This document shows, one piece after another, positions 52,868-63,452 of a DNA stretch of 64,000 bases (its first letter is position 1; every line of letters starts with the position of its first letter). The DNA is from a bacterium (GTDB lineage: Bacteria; Hinthialibacterota; Hinthialibacteria; Hinthialibacterales; Hinthialibacteraceae). The DNA is taken from the NCBI GenBank assembly GCA_963663405.2, contig CAXXSM010000142.1:32001-96000 (forward strand), written 5' to 3'. Below the pieces are notes generated by a model, which ran no database searches, had not been told where the DNA came from, and saw nothing but the letters and a program-made list of their open reading frames with translations. The position numbers and the translations under genes were made by a program.

Positions 52868-54526
52868 TTATTCTTTTCGAATATGCAAAATCCAATCCTT
52901 GTACTGCAAGGTTCCCGGGTAATCTTCAGGAGGTTTACATTCAAGGATCCTGCCTCCTGTCATTTTCCCATTTTTCACCATTTCCTGGTGGGTAAGATCG
53001 ATCCATTGAAAGACAAAGTTTGAATCGTAGGGCGTTAAATCGATTTTCACGCTTCCACCCCATCGAAGAAAAATCAGGTATTCCTCACCAGGAATCGCAG
53101 AACAATACTTGGATGGATTATCCAGCACGTATTCTGGATGTGGTTTTAATTTCCACCACTCAATGCTTGAGAAGAATTTTGCAAGGAAACTCATGGATTG
53201 CGCGCCAGGATAGTCCAGCGTGTTTATTTTAAAATCCATCTCCATGGGCCAGGAATCCTGATCCGCGGGACTTTCCGGAACGTGAGCTTTCCACACATGC
53301 CCCCCACCGTATGTATGACCCGCCGCGCCTGAGAGCATGGCGGACCAAGCCCCAAAACGAATATCCTCCGCCGAAGGATTCCCTCGAACAAACTCGTACC
53401 AAGGTTCCGTAACGACGATCGGCTTTGCCGGTTGGGATTCATACGAATTTTTCACGATCCCTGGGATCATTTCGTTTCTCCATTTACTGTGACCCACCTG
53501 ACATTGGTTATAATCGAGCCAATCTTCCTGATGTAGGACTTCGGCGGTGGACCATTGCGGAGCGTCTTCACCGCCACCCCATCCTGGTGGAGTGGGATGT
53601 GCGCTGATAATCCGGTCATAAGGATCTTCCTGGTCTATCATACGGCCAAGGTCATTCCAAAAGCGGATGTCAAAACCTCCATAGTTATAAAGGTTATATT
53701 CTCCCGCTAAAACCCAGATCACGTTATAACTCGAAAGGCGGCGGACGACGTAACGCCACCAGCGTTCGATCACGTCTTGGCCTATAGTTTCGTTGATGGT
53801 TTTCCCACCCCACCAGGTGTGAATCCAGATAGTCATACCTTGGGAGTTCGCGTAACGAATCATGGTTTCGACTTCGCGGATATGCTGAGTATCCGGATGA
53901 AAATATGTTTTATCCAATAGGGAACTGGAGCGTCCCCAGCCTCGACCCGCAAAAAACAACTGGCCAACCGTAAAACCTTTGCGCGACCGGTCATCGACAA
54001 GTTTCTGAAAACTCTCCAAATGGATGCCTCGCTTTGTCCAGTTCCACCACGTGTCGCCGATCCATAAAAAAGGGGCGCCATCTTCGTGTACAAAAAACCT
54101 GCCAGGACGGTCTCCATGCGCAGCGACTTGAATAAAACCACGGCGTGTCCGATTTTCCGATTTTTCTTTCTCTGTCCAAGGAATGGCTGTCAAAGATCCT
54201 TTTCGGTCATCCAAGGATGGATCAGGGGAAATGGATTGATACCGCCATGTTCCCGCGCAGGGAGGAGAAAATCGGACTTTCCATATTGCGCCGCCGTCCC
54301 AAAAACCATTCACTCCAATTTCTTTTCCTTTTGCTTCACCGTCCACGCCATTGAATACAACCGAAAAATGAGCGTCTTGGGCGCTCGATACCATGTAAGG
54401 ATGATCGATCGTGGCCCCTTCCCATGTGATCTCGAAGACATCCCGAACATGGATTTCGTTCTGACTCCAACTTAGAGAGGAACAACATAAAAAAATAAGA
54501 CTGGTAACAAGACGGAATTTCTGCAT
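52868..54526 (-). CDS. DUF5060/DUF4038 (apiosidase-like) glycoside hydrolase with C-terminal collagen-binding-like domain
   Basis: GFWDGG.WKVRFSP, FLWIGDTWW, WVLAGE, KPIVVTEPWYE, GAAGHTYG. Confidence 0.85.
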   Translation of the reverse strand: MQKFRLVTSLIFLCCSSLSWSQNEIHVRDVFEITWEGATIDHPYMVSSAQDAHFSVVFNGVDGEAKGKEIGVNGFWDGGAIWKVRFSPPCAGTWRYQSISPDPSLDDRKGSLTAIPWTEKEKSENRTRRGFIQVAAHGDRPGRFFVHEDGAPFLWIGDTWWNWTKRGIHLESFQKLVDDRSRKGFTVGQLFFAGRGWGRSSSLLDKTYFHPDTQHIREVETMIRYANSQGMTIWIHTWWGGKTINETIGQDVIERWWRYVVRRLSSYNVIWVLAGEYNLYNYGGFDIRFWNDLGRMIDQEDPYDRIISAHPTPPGWGGGEDAPQWSTAEVLHQEDWLDYNQCQVGHSKWRNEMIPGIVKNSYESQPAKPIVVTEPWYEFVRGNPSAEDIRFGAWSAMLSGAAGHTYGGGHVWKAHVPESPADQDSWPMEMDFKINTLDYPGAQSMSFLAKFFSSIEWWKLKPHPEYVLDNPSKYCSAIPGEEYLIFLRWGGSVKIDLTPYDSNFVFQWIDLTHQEMVKNGKMTGGRILECKPPEDYPGTLQYKDWILHIRKE

Positions 54527-54955
54527 GGGTGACTCCAAGGATTGAAACGGGTTTTTCGCTGTTTAGTATGGAAGACGATGGAGGATACGTTCTCCAAGTC
54601 CCCTGTGATGAATCACGAGTAAATCAGTCCCTAGCGTATCACAACCGGACGAGGATCGGCAGGAGTGTGAATGAAAAGAACTCGCCTTGGTTCCCTCCCG
54701 GAAGGCGCATCCTATGGTTGTTTGAAGCGCTGGTCATGGCCAGCCCAACGGGCCGTTCCACATTTACGACGTGGAGGCTCTGGTCGAAAGACTCGATCCT
54801 CGTTCCATCCGGTCTATTGGATCCCGTCCTGTTACGAACCGTCGAGAGAGTCGCTTTTCCACAATAACCGCTGGAAATCAGATCTACCCGCGATTTCAAA
54901 ATACGTTCTTTTTCTGTAGGCGTAATCCCAAGATCAAGCGCGTAAAATTCGCGTT

Positions 54956-55606
54956 TTACACATGTTCATTTGAAAAGCGCTCATGCGCATGCGTTTGTAA
55001 AAACATGTCCGCGATTTTTCTGGTTTTTGGACTTTTACACATCCGTTGCGCTTCCACAAAACGAATCAACAATTCCTTTTTCTTACATTGCTCAAAAATT
55101 TCGTCGAAAGATTGAATAATGTCCGCTTTGATCAGATCAATGCGTTCAGGGTCACGTTTCGTACAATCTATAGCCAATAGAATTTTCAAGATTCGATTTT
55201 GCAGATGTGGTTTCCATCGCATGATTTTTCCCGCGTTACGGGAAACAAACACGGCTGGGATTAACTTCTCATCTTGAAGAAGGCTGAAATATTTCTTAAA
55301 GCACTTTTCAAATTTCTTCTCGGAATCGATCTTAGTCAAATTGGCGAGAATGTTCAGAGCGCAGCATCGATGAAACGAATTCGCGCTGTCAAGCAACGAT
55401 GTAAAATAATCCCATTCGGGATATAAGATAGACGGATGGTCTTCACTAACGCGCAACATGATTTTTTCACAATTATAGCGAACCGTTTCTCCCTTGTATC
55501 GCAAACCTTCCAGGAACGTATTTAACAAGGCGGGATCGAGTAACGCCATTGCCATCAAATCATCAATATCACATTCTTTTTGACGAAGACGTTGAATGAT
55601 ATCCAT
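54956..55606 (-). CDS. Hypothetical helical (HEAT/ARM-like) protein
   Basis: 216-aa ORF; VRYNCEK, P..LYP.WD.F..LLDS.N. Confidence 0.7.
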   Translation of the reverse strand: MDIIQRLRQKECDIDDLMAMALLDPALLNTFLEGLRYKGETVRYNCEKIMLRVSEDHPSILYPEWDYFTSLLDSANSFHRCCALNILANLTKIDSEKKFEKCFKKYFSLLQDEKLIPAVFVSRNAGKIMRWKPHLQNRILKILLAIDCTKRDPERIDLIKADIIQSFDEIFEQCKKKELLIRFVEAQRMCKSPKTRKIADMFLQTHAHERFSNEHV

Positions 55607-55936
55607 TACGTGGAACCTGCTTTATAAACCGGATTATTGAAATCACGATAGATCTCGCGTATTTCTCTCATTTCATAGAACCTGATATTTCTTGTCAAGT
55701 GAATGTCGCATAATGGGATTGTTTTAATCCGAAGCAACACAATCACAGTCATGTTCATTGAAATTACACTCGCCTCTCCCATTCAGATACTATATCTATT
55801 CTCAAAATACATGCGTATTCGATCGAGGGCATTCTCAAAATCTCCGACTCAGGAAGCGTGTGGTTTTCGTATGTTTTTTTATAAAAACGCTGTTTGTAGA
55901 TACATGTTTTCATCAAGTCAAAATGGTGAAGCAATA

Positions 55937-55965
55937 TTGACTATCTGCAATCGATTTACTAGGAT
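55937..55965 (+). promoter_or_regulatory. Candidate sigma70 promoter
   Basis: TTGACT-N17-TAGGAT about 120 bp upstream of ATG 56085. Confidence 0.4.
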
Positions 55966-56084
55966 TGGGGCGCGAATAATCCTTCAAAAATTATCGGTAA
56001 GAAACTTGACTTCGAAATGATTGTCAGAAGAATACAACGATAAACGCCCGTGGTACAACTTTAAAAATAGGAATCGATAAAATT

Positions 56085-58687
56085 ATGAGACAAGTCATTG
56101 CATCCATACTTTTTTTCTTTTTTTCGTGTATACCTGTTGCTCTTCACGCAGAATTCTCTTCCTCGGCGTCTGCGGTGGAAGAATCGATCCCGCCCATTGT
56201 ATTGGATAATTTCGAGAATCATGGCGCGGAAATCCGATGGACTTTCAACAATGGAAAAGAGTTCCCTGGAGCCAAGGGCGCTTTCCAACGAAGCGTAGAC
56301 ACGTCAAACCAAACGGCGTACGGAGAATTGCGTTTTGATTTTTCGGAAGGAGGAAATTATGTGTCCGCGAGTTGGGCGATTCCTTCTCCCTCCAACGAAT
56401 CCTCCCAAACCGTAAGCCGGTTTGGAGGATTGCAGGTGGATATAAAACGCCCCGCAGGGAATACTGTTTCCATTCGATACACCGATCAGACCGGTCAAGT
56501 TTTTCAAAAAACAATGGACTGCGTCGAGGATCGTTGGACGACGGTAATTGTTCCATTCCGGGATTGGGATTCGAGTTGGGGCGGAAAAAACGATGGTATT
56601 CTACAGGGAAATCCACGTGAAATCGCCATTCTAATCAATCATGGTGAACAAACTCAAGGTTCGTTATTGTTTGACAATGTCACATTACTCCCCCCCTCTT
56701 CGGACGATTGGATGATCCATACACAATACACGGCCTACAATTTCGATTCCTCTGAAGGATGGTATTTCGTGGGGGTCAGGAAATCCGGGGAAAACATCAT
56801 TCAACGAAAAAACCTGGCGTCTTGATTTTTCCCACGGCGCCCAATGGCTTTCGATTCGTCCGCCCGATACGACCCTCATCGGAAGTATTGACCGGATCAA
56901 ACTCCATATGCGGGGAAACGCGAAAAACCATCCTGTTCATCTTTTTCTCCGCACACATTTTATGACATTCCATACAAGGATGGAAAACACTATGGAAAAC
57001 GATGAGGTATATGTCACCGATGGCCCTCCAGGATCAGGATGGTCATGGAGCGGCGGTGAAAATGACGGAAAAATTCATGGGCCTCTTCGCCTCGCTGAAA
57101 TTCGTGTAGAGAATAATGGGCAGAATGACTGTTTCGATTTGACATTGGTGAAACTTGATATTCAGGCGTCTTGTTCTCCTCAAAAGCAGTGTATCGTAAC
57201 AACCGAATGGACGGATAAAAACAATTTCTGCGCGACCCTCCAATCCATGTCAAAGGATCCCTTGCAGGGAATCCTGTCCTGGACTCTGAAAACATGGGAT
57301 GGCGATATCGTCGGCGAAAATCACCAAAACATCATCACGCCTTCTCCAAGGAGAACGCAAACAAATTTATATTCCGTTACCCTCTCTGCCGGAAGGAACA
57401 AAGTGTATTGAAGCGAATGTCAACCTTGCCATCGACGGACAAGATATACCCTCCACCCAGGCCTGTTGGCTTTCTCCCTATCAGGAACAGCGCGATCATC
57501 ATCTTGATCCAGAGTCCCCCTTTGGTATGGGTCTCTATTTATGTCGTTATTCCGGCGGTGAGAAGGGAAAGGCGGAGATGGAAAAAGCCGCGCAAATGGC
57601 GCGTGACGCCGGAGTGAAATGGTCCCCGTGAAGATTTCTCCTGGTCGCGAATCGAACCGCAGAAAGGTCATTACCAGTGGGATTATTATGATAACCTGAT
57701 TAAATGCGCTCACCGCCATGGAATTCAAGTATACGCGATCATTTGCTATTGGTCGAATTGGACAAAACCATATACATCCGAAGGGATCGATGATTACAAT
57801 CGCGTATACACGAGCGCTGGTCAATCGCTATCATCAAGACATTCATCAATGGGAAATCTGGAATGAGCCCAACATCTTTTTCTGGCAAGGTTCGGATGAA
57901 CAGTACGCCGAGTTGTTAATCAAGAGTTACGCCGCCATCAAAGAAATCGATCCAAGCGCGGAAGTCCTTGGAATATCCACGGCTGGAATCGACTATGACT
58001 ATATAACGAAAATGATGGGGTTGGGAACCCCGTTCGATGTCTTGACCATTCATCCTTATCGAAGAGTGTTGGAGGATCTTGAATTCATCCAAGATTTAAT
58101 AAAAGCCTCTGATCTCACCGCAAACGCGGACGGAAGCCGCCGGCCGGTGTGGTTAACGGAACTGGGATGGTCCACCTACACCCCCCATAACACAATTAAG
58201 CAGAGTTTCATTCCCATGACGCTGCGGGGCCAAGCGGAACGGATCGCGCGTTGTTATTTATGTTCCATCGTCTCGGGTGTCGATCCCCGTACGTTTTGGT
58301 ACAATTTCCGCAATGACGGGTTTGATCCCATTTATTTCGAGCATAATATGGGAATTGTGACCCGTGATTTCAAGCCGAAACCCGCATACTTCGCCTACGC
58401 CACATTGAGTAAAGTCTTACAGGATAAAAAAAACGGTTCAACGAATACCCACGGAAGATGATACGCTGGTGTTCCGCTTTTCTTCAGAAACATCCAATGA
58501 AATTACCATCGCCGCATGGAACTATACCCGTAACGCGAAACTTCAGATTCCCGTGGAATGCGATGAAATAACGGTAATAAATACAATAGGAGAAACAAAA
58601 ACACGAAAGATTCCTGATCAAGTCGTAAGCCTTGAAATCCAAGAAGGGAGCCCGGTGTATATAACCTATTCGAAAAATACACCATAG
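56085..58687 (+). pseudogene. Secreted clan GH-A hydrolase (GH39/GH5-like) with CBM-like N-terminal domain, about 5-6 frameshifts
   Basis: Signal peptide; ARDAGVKWSREDFSW (across a frameshift), WEIWNEPN, IHPY, VWLTELGW, FWYNFRND, PKPAY. Confidence 0.8.
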
Positions 58688-58706
58688 TGAATTCAATAGG
58701 TTCTCA

Positions 58707-61700
58707 CTATTCTCTAGACTTTGTAGTGGTCATTTCTAGAACGACCGGTCCGAGCAAGCCGGAGGTTGGTTCGCCTTGATACTTGGTTGGAACAGTGAGG
58801 AAATGATTGGCCAGTGTGTTGTAGACCAATATTTCGAATCGGTTTTCACCGGACTTCACGAGTTTTGAAACTTCTACCCGCCAGGGAGGGGAGACACAAA
58901 CGCCCGCCGTTTTTCCGTTCACGCGTACTTCCGCTGTGGCGGCCACTTTGCCAAGATCGAGAGTCACCGCGTCGCCTAATTGATCTTGAGTTAACGTCAA
59001 CGTCTTGCGATACCAAGCGCCGCCGGAATATGTTTCCAGGACGCTTGTCTTCGACCAGTCGCCTAAAGGCGCAACGCCAGAATCGCATTGCAAACGGATC
59101 GGTTCGGGGAAAACCGCTGCGCCAGAACAACCAATTGGAGGAACGACTCGCAGGGCGATTACTGACAACGTCTTGAGAGATTCCGCAGTCGCAAAACGTC
59201 CTAGGCCCGTCTCCTTCAGGGACTTGCCATCAGCCCACGCTTCGACGATTCCTTTAGCGGTTACACGCATTGAGCGAAAACCGGGGGGAGCGGTAAAACG
59301 GAACCATTCGGCGAGCGTTTCACCAGCATGAACGTCGAAATGGATTACGGATGGATCGTCGATCCACTGCATGGATAGAGGCGTTCGGCTTGATGATTCC
59401 TCTCGAACGTCGTCTCGTTTCAAGACGAAATAACCACGGCCCGCGCAATCAAACCGAACGAGGATGGGGTTGGCGCCCGCATTTAAGTTCACGGATTCAT
59501 TCAACGACTCGATCCGCGTACCGTTGACGAAGACGGTTTCCGGCTTCAAGATGGCGGATTCGCTCGGGGGGGCGCCCTCACGTTTTTCTCCGCTCTCGAT
59601 ACGAGCGGTTGTCGAACGGTCTACCGTGGCGCACGTCCAAAGATAATAGATGTTCCCTGCTTCTTCGGGGACGTATTTGAATTCATTAAAGCCTCTCTCG
59701 CGCTTGCCGAGACACAGGAAATGATCGGTCACAATCTCTTTGAGACCGTGCCAGCCCTGATGGCCGGGATCGCCTTCGAGCCCCCAACGCCACGAAAAAC
59801 TATACGGGCGCCACGAGAAGGTTTTGCCATTAATTTCAACCGGTCTGTTCGGATCGACTTTTTCGATTTTGGATAGTTTCGCGTCCAGGGCGATGCGATC
59901 GACGTCGTTCGGCAAGGGCCCCAATTCCCAGAACTGTGGGCCGAAACCGTACGTTACTTTCTCCCAATCACCGTCGTCGAATGCAGGAGACATCCAGGAA
60001 GAAGAATCGCCGCTTTCAATAGCATGACGGAAAATACGCGCTTCCGGACCGATGATTTTATCCTTGGCGGGTAACCGAAAATCGCCGAAACGGTTGTCCA
60101 TTGTGGGTTTTAATTCGAATTCCCAATCGCCGTCCAGTAAAATCTCTTCAACGATTCGTTCTTTAGACGCCGGGGGATTCACGTGTTCTCTTCCCGGCGT
60201 AAACACGACGACTTGCGCTTCGTATTCTTCCAACGGCAATTCGACAACGGTTCCGCTCTCCGTTTCTTTCATAACACGAAGCGGTCGAACGGAGCCCGTC
60301 CAGGGATCCCACAACTCGACGCAACCCTTGACGCGAAACTCGACCGTCGAGTTTTTCGAAGCGTCCATTACAAAATAGACGTCGCGCGGCCCGACTTTGC
60401 GGTGAAGCGAACGTACGGATTTATCGGCGCGAACGTCGGGAGTGAAGGCGCCGAGAATCGCAGCAGGGACATCGGCCGGTTTTTCGAAGCGGCGTTCGTT
60501 GGGAATCGCTTCGGCGACAAGCGCTTTCAATTTGGCGTCATCGCGACCCGCCCGGTCGCTGGCGAACGGCAGCGTTCCAACGTTCAAAACACATCCCCCC
60601 GCTTTGGCGAATTCGGCGGCTTTTTGTATGGAGGACCAGCGCACCGCGTCCATCGACGCGAATACGAGCGCGCGATAGGAAGAGTCGGCTACCTGCAAAC
60701 ACCCGTCGCGAACCCGCGCGCGAGCCAGTGAATCGGCGTCGATAAATTCGAAATTGACGCCGGCCGCCATCAAAGCTCGAGCCGTATCAAAAGCGGTATT
60801 CGTGGCTTTTTTACCGTCCAGCCCCGCTTCAAAGGGCGCGACGGGATAGAGTACGGCGACATCGCTAACGAAACAGCCTTGGCTCATTAGATACGAAAGC
60901 CGCTCGAAATATTTCAGGAAAACGCCCATGTGATCCCAATAGGGCATGCGGAAGTGATAGCTGGGCGGCGCCCATTCCCAAAACGATCCGTGGGTCGTGT
61001 AGTAGAGACCGTGAAGGTTCAGCAGCGTGCAGCCGTAGAGGTAGTTTTCACGGGTGGCGAACATCAATCGCTCCGGCGTCGCGCCCCAACCCAGGCTGTG
61101 GTAGCCCTCCAACCACACGCGCGGCCTGCGGTAGAGGTTGGCGATGGAAGAGGAAACCTTTCCTTTGATTAGATCGGCGTTGCCGCCGGGCGTGTCGTGT
61201 CCGGGAGCGCTGTACCAGCGGGTGGCGCGGAAATAATCGCCGAATTCGTTGGGACGCAAACCGCGTCCGCCGGAATCGCAGGCGAAGATCAAACCGCGAG
61301 AGGCATGCCAGCGATAGATGGGCTGAAAGAAACGTTCTTCCATAAGCGACATGCGAACGTCGGCGTAATCCATGCGGATTTTTGGAGTCACCGGTCCGAA
61401 GTCGTCCCATAGCGCGGGTAGGACGTCATAGAGATCATACCCCTTGCGCGTTTGAAACTCATAGGCGAAGTCAACGTTCCAAACACGGTCGCCTGCGCCT
61501 ACGGTGAGTTCGTCGTTAAAGAAATAGTTCAAGCCTTCATACGATTGCGCCGGTGTGGCGTCTTGAAAGGGTTGATAGAAATCGCGGATCACGATTTCTC
61601 CAACGTTTGCAAGCAGCGGGTTGAGACTGCTCTCGCGCCGCTCCGCTCGAACCAGCCAGAGTTCCCATTCGCCTTGAGGCGCCCTCCAGATAAGTTTTTT

Positions 61701-62357
61701 ATTATTAATGTAAGGTTTCAGGTCTTCCCCGCCCTCGCAAAGTCGACCGCCTTCAACACGATAGGCCCGCGCGGATATCAGATCAGCGGGCACGTCGATC
61801 GTTGCGGATTGCCCTCGCTTTAAGCGTTGGCGAGGCATGGGGGTTAATTGGATCGAGTTGAGTTCCGGCTTGGAATAGAAGAGGTCGCGAAACAGGTTTT
61901 TGGGTCCCGGCCAATCGAGCGTGTAGGTGCTGAGGCCGATTCCCATCCCCCGCTTGCGGCATTCGTCGGCGATGCGGCCCCACACCTTCCACCACGCATC
62001 GCTGAAGATCGGCGGTTCCACCTCAAGAGTAGGCATGCCCGGCGTATCGTCGTGCGCATAATTGACCTGAACGCCGCTGATTCCCTTCTCGTGCAGCCGG
62101 TCGATCTGCCAGATCAAGCGTTTTTCGTCGAGCGGATCGCCGGTCCACCACCAGAAAGGAACCTCGCCGTAACCCGGAGGCGGATTTTTGAAACCGGGCA
62201 GCGCGTCCAGGTTTGGATCGCGGCTTGGATAACCGGCCGGATCGGCCGGTTCGGGGGCGACGTAGTACGGATCGAGCGAATCCGAATGACTGGAAAAAGC
62301 GAGAAAGAAGAATCCCGCAACGAGCATTACAATTGCAACAATTTTTCTAGACATCAT
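58707..62357 (-). CDS. GH106 (alpha-L-rhamnosidase-like) protein with GH2-type sugar-binding C-terminus
   Basis: Signal peptide; PFWWWTGD, YFFNDEL, KVSSSIANLY, NLHGLYY, LDLGKV..AEVRVNG, VYNTLAN, SGLLGPV. Confidence 0.82.
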   Translation of the reverse strand: MMSRKIVAIVMLVAGFFFLAFSSHSDSLDPYYVAPEPADPAGYPSRDPNLDALPGFKNPPPGYGEVPFWWWTGDPLDEKRLIWQIDRLHEKGISGVQVNYAHDDTPGMPTLEVEPPIFSDAWWKVWGRIADECRKRGMGIGLSTYTLDWPGPKNLFRDLFYSKPELNSIQLTPMPRQRLKRGQSATIDVPADLISARAYRVEGGRLCEGGEDLKPYINNKKLIWRAPQGEWELWLVRAERRESSLNPLLANVGEIVIRDFYQPFQDATPAQSYEGLNYFFNDELTVGAGDRVWNVDFAYEFQTRKGYDLYDVLPALWDDFGPVTPKIRMDYADVRMSLMEERFFQPIYRWHASRGLIFACDSGGRGLRPNEFGDYFRATRWYSAPGHDTPGGNADLIKGKVSSSIANLYRRPRVWLEGYHSLGWGATPERLMFATRENYLYGCTLLNLHGLYYTTHGSFWEWAPPSYHFRMPYWDHMGVFLKYFERLSYLMSQGCFVSDVAVLYPVAPFEAGLDGKKATNTAFDTARALMAAGVNFEFIDADSLARARVRDGCLQVADSSYRALVFASMDAVRWSSIQKAAEFAKAGGCVLNVGTLPFASDRAGRDDAKLKALVAEAIPNERRFEKPADVPAAILGAFTPDVRADKSVRSLHRKVGPRDVYFVMDASKNSTVEFRVKGCVELWDPWTGSVRPLRVMKETESGTVVELPLEEYEAQVVVFTPGREHVNPPASKERIVEEILLDGDWEFELKPTMDNRFGDFRLPAKDKIIGPEARIFRHAIESGDSSSWMSPAFDDGDWEKVTYGFGPQFWELGPLPNDVDRIALDAKLSKIEKVDPNRPVEINGKTFSWRPYSFSWRWGLEGDPGHQGWHGLKEIVTDHFLCLGKRERGFNEFKYVPEEAGNIYYLWTCATVDRSTTARIESGEKREGAPPSESAILKPETVFVNGTRIESLNESVNLNAGANPILVRFDCAGRGYFVLKRDDVREESSSRTPLSMQWIDDPSVIHFDVHAGETLAEWFRFTAPPGFRSMRVTAKGIVEAWADGKSLKETGLGRFATAESLKTLSVIALRVVPPIGCSGAAVFPEPIRLQCDSGVAPLGDWSKTSVLETYSGGAWYRKTLTLTQDQLGDAVTLDLGKVAATAEVRVNGKTAGVCVSPPWRVEVSKLVKSGENRFEILVYNTLANHFLTVPTKYQGEPTSGLLGPVVLEMTTTKSRE

Positions 62358-62502
62358 TCTCCATTTTAATTCGATAAAATTCTTAAGGTCATCGATTGGC
62401 AAAACGCCGAAATCATAACAGATAAGCCTATCATAGATAGGAGGAATCTCCGAGAGGAAGCCGGATGTATCTGTTAAGGGGGAATCGAACCCACTGATCA
62501 AA

Positions 62503-62527
62503 TAGAAAAGGCGGCCGAAGCCGCCTC
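62503..62527 (-). terminator. Intrinsic terminator of the DUF1080 gene
   Basis: Minus strand AGGCGGC-TTCG-GCCGCCT followed by TTTCTATT. Confidence 0.8.
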
Positions 62528-62597
62528 TCTGACTAGAGATCAATTCTGATACCCGCATGGAACGGGAAGCCATAGTTTGTCTTTGAAAATCAATGGT

Positions 62598-63317
62598 TTA
62601 CTCGGTCTTCTTGAGTTCTTTGATCTTGATATTGCGATACCACACAGGGGCTTGGGCCTTACCGTGAAGCCCCTGAAACCCTATCGCGCCGCTGCGGTAG
62701 AAATCCTTCAATGCTTTGGCAAATTTGTTCTTTGTACCATCCGGATTCTTGTGCGGCTCCTTCCAGTCGTCCAGGTTGACGTTCCACACTTCTTCACCAT
62801 TGAAAATCAACGACGCGTGGCTGCCGTTGCACGTGATGGTGAAGCGATTCCATTCACCGACCGGCTTTTGCATCTTCTTACTCGGTGGCTGCGCGTTATA
62901 AATCGCTCCTACCATGCCATAGAGCGCGCCGTCCTGGGACTCATGAACCTGCACCTCAAGCGCCGACAGCACGTTTTTTGTATCGCCTGCACGCAGAAAC
63001 ACGCCGCTATTCGACTCTTTCGCAACCTTGAACTCCAGATCCAAAATGAAATCACCGTAAGACTTCTTGGTCCAGATCGTATCATGGGTCTTTGCCACAA
63101 GCACGCCATCTTTCATCTCCCAGCTTCCGTCAGGCATATCAACGTTTGATAGATCAGGAGCGATAAGATCTTTCCACTTAGCCGTGTCCGGATGCGAGGC
63201 TGATTTAGCCAGAGCAGTACCACAAAGAAGCGCGCCGGCGCCAGAAAACGCCGCAATTTTGAGGGCTTGACGCCGAGTGATAAAATGTTCTTTTGTTTTG
63301 AAAAAATCTATATTCAT
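62598..63317 (-). CDS. Tat-exported DUF1080 (3-keto-disaccharide hydrolase-like) protein
   Basis: GAGGAG RBS; TRRQAL; YGDFILDLEFK, NSGVFLR, GEWN, IGFQGLHG, VWYRNIKIKEL. Confidence 0.9.
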   Translation of the reverse strand: MNIDFFKTKEHFITRRQALKIAAFSGAGALLCGTALAKSASHPDTAKWKDLIAPDLSNVDMPDGSWEMKDGVLVAKTHDTIWTKKSYGDFILDLEFKVAKESNSGVFLRAGDTKNVLSALEVQVHESQDGALYGMVGAIYNAQPPSKKMQKPVGEWNRFTITCNGSHASLIFNGEEVWNVNLDDWKEPHKNPDGTKNKFAKALKDFYRSGAIGFQGLHGKAQAPVWYRNIKIKELKKTE

Positions 63318-63452
63318 GTATGTCTCCTCTCTTATTTAGCTTAACTAGTAATGTTCAAAAACCTTGATCCAGTTAAACTCAACAAAGTATCTATCAAGAT
63401 ATCAGAAAATCGGCTTAAATGCAATACAGAAAGAAATTCAAGGAGCCGATTA

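Noticed and set aside
52868-52900. DWILH near the C-terminus of the DUF4038 protein as a fourth W-x-L motif
   Set aside because: Not terminal (followed by IRKE) and matches the usual last strand of that domain
54690-54712. CCGGAAGG resembling the SRP RNA loop
   Set aside because: Lacks the flanking CAGG...AGCAG internal-loop consensus
62477-62495. tRNA T-arm-like sequence GTGGGTTCGATTCCCCC on the minus strand
   Set aside because: Stem has a mismatch, and no acceptor, D or anticodon arms can be built around it
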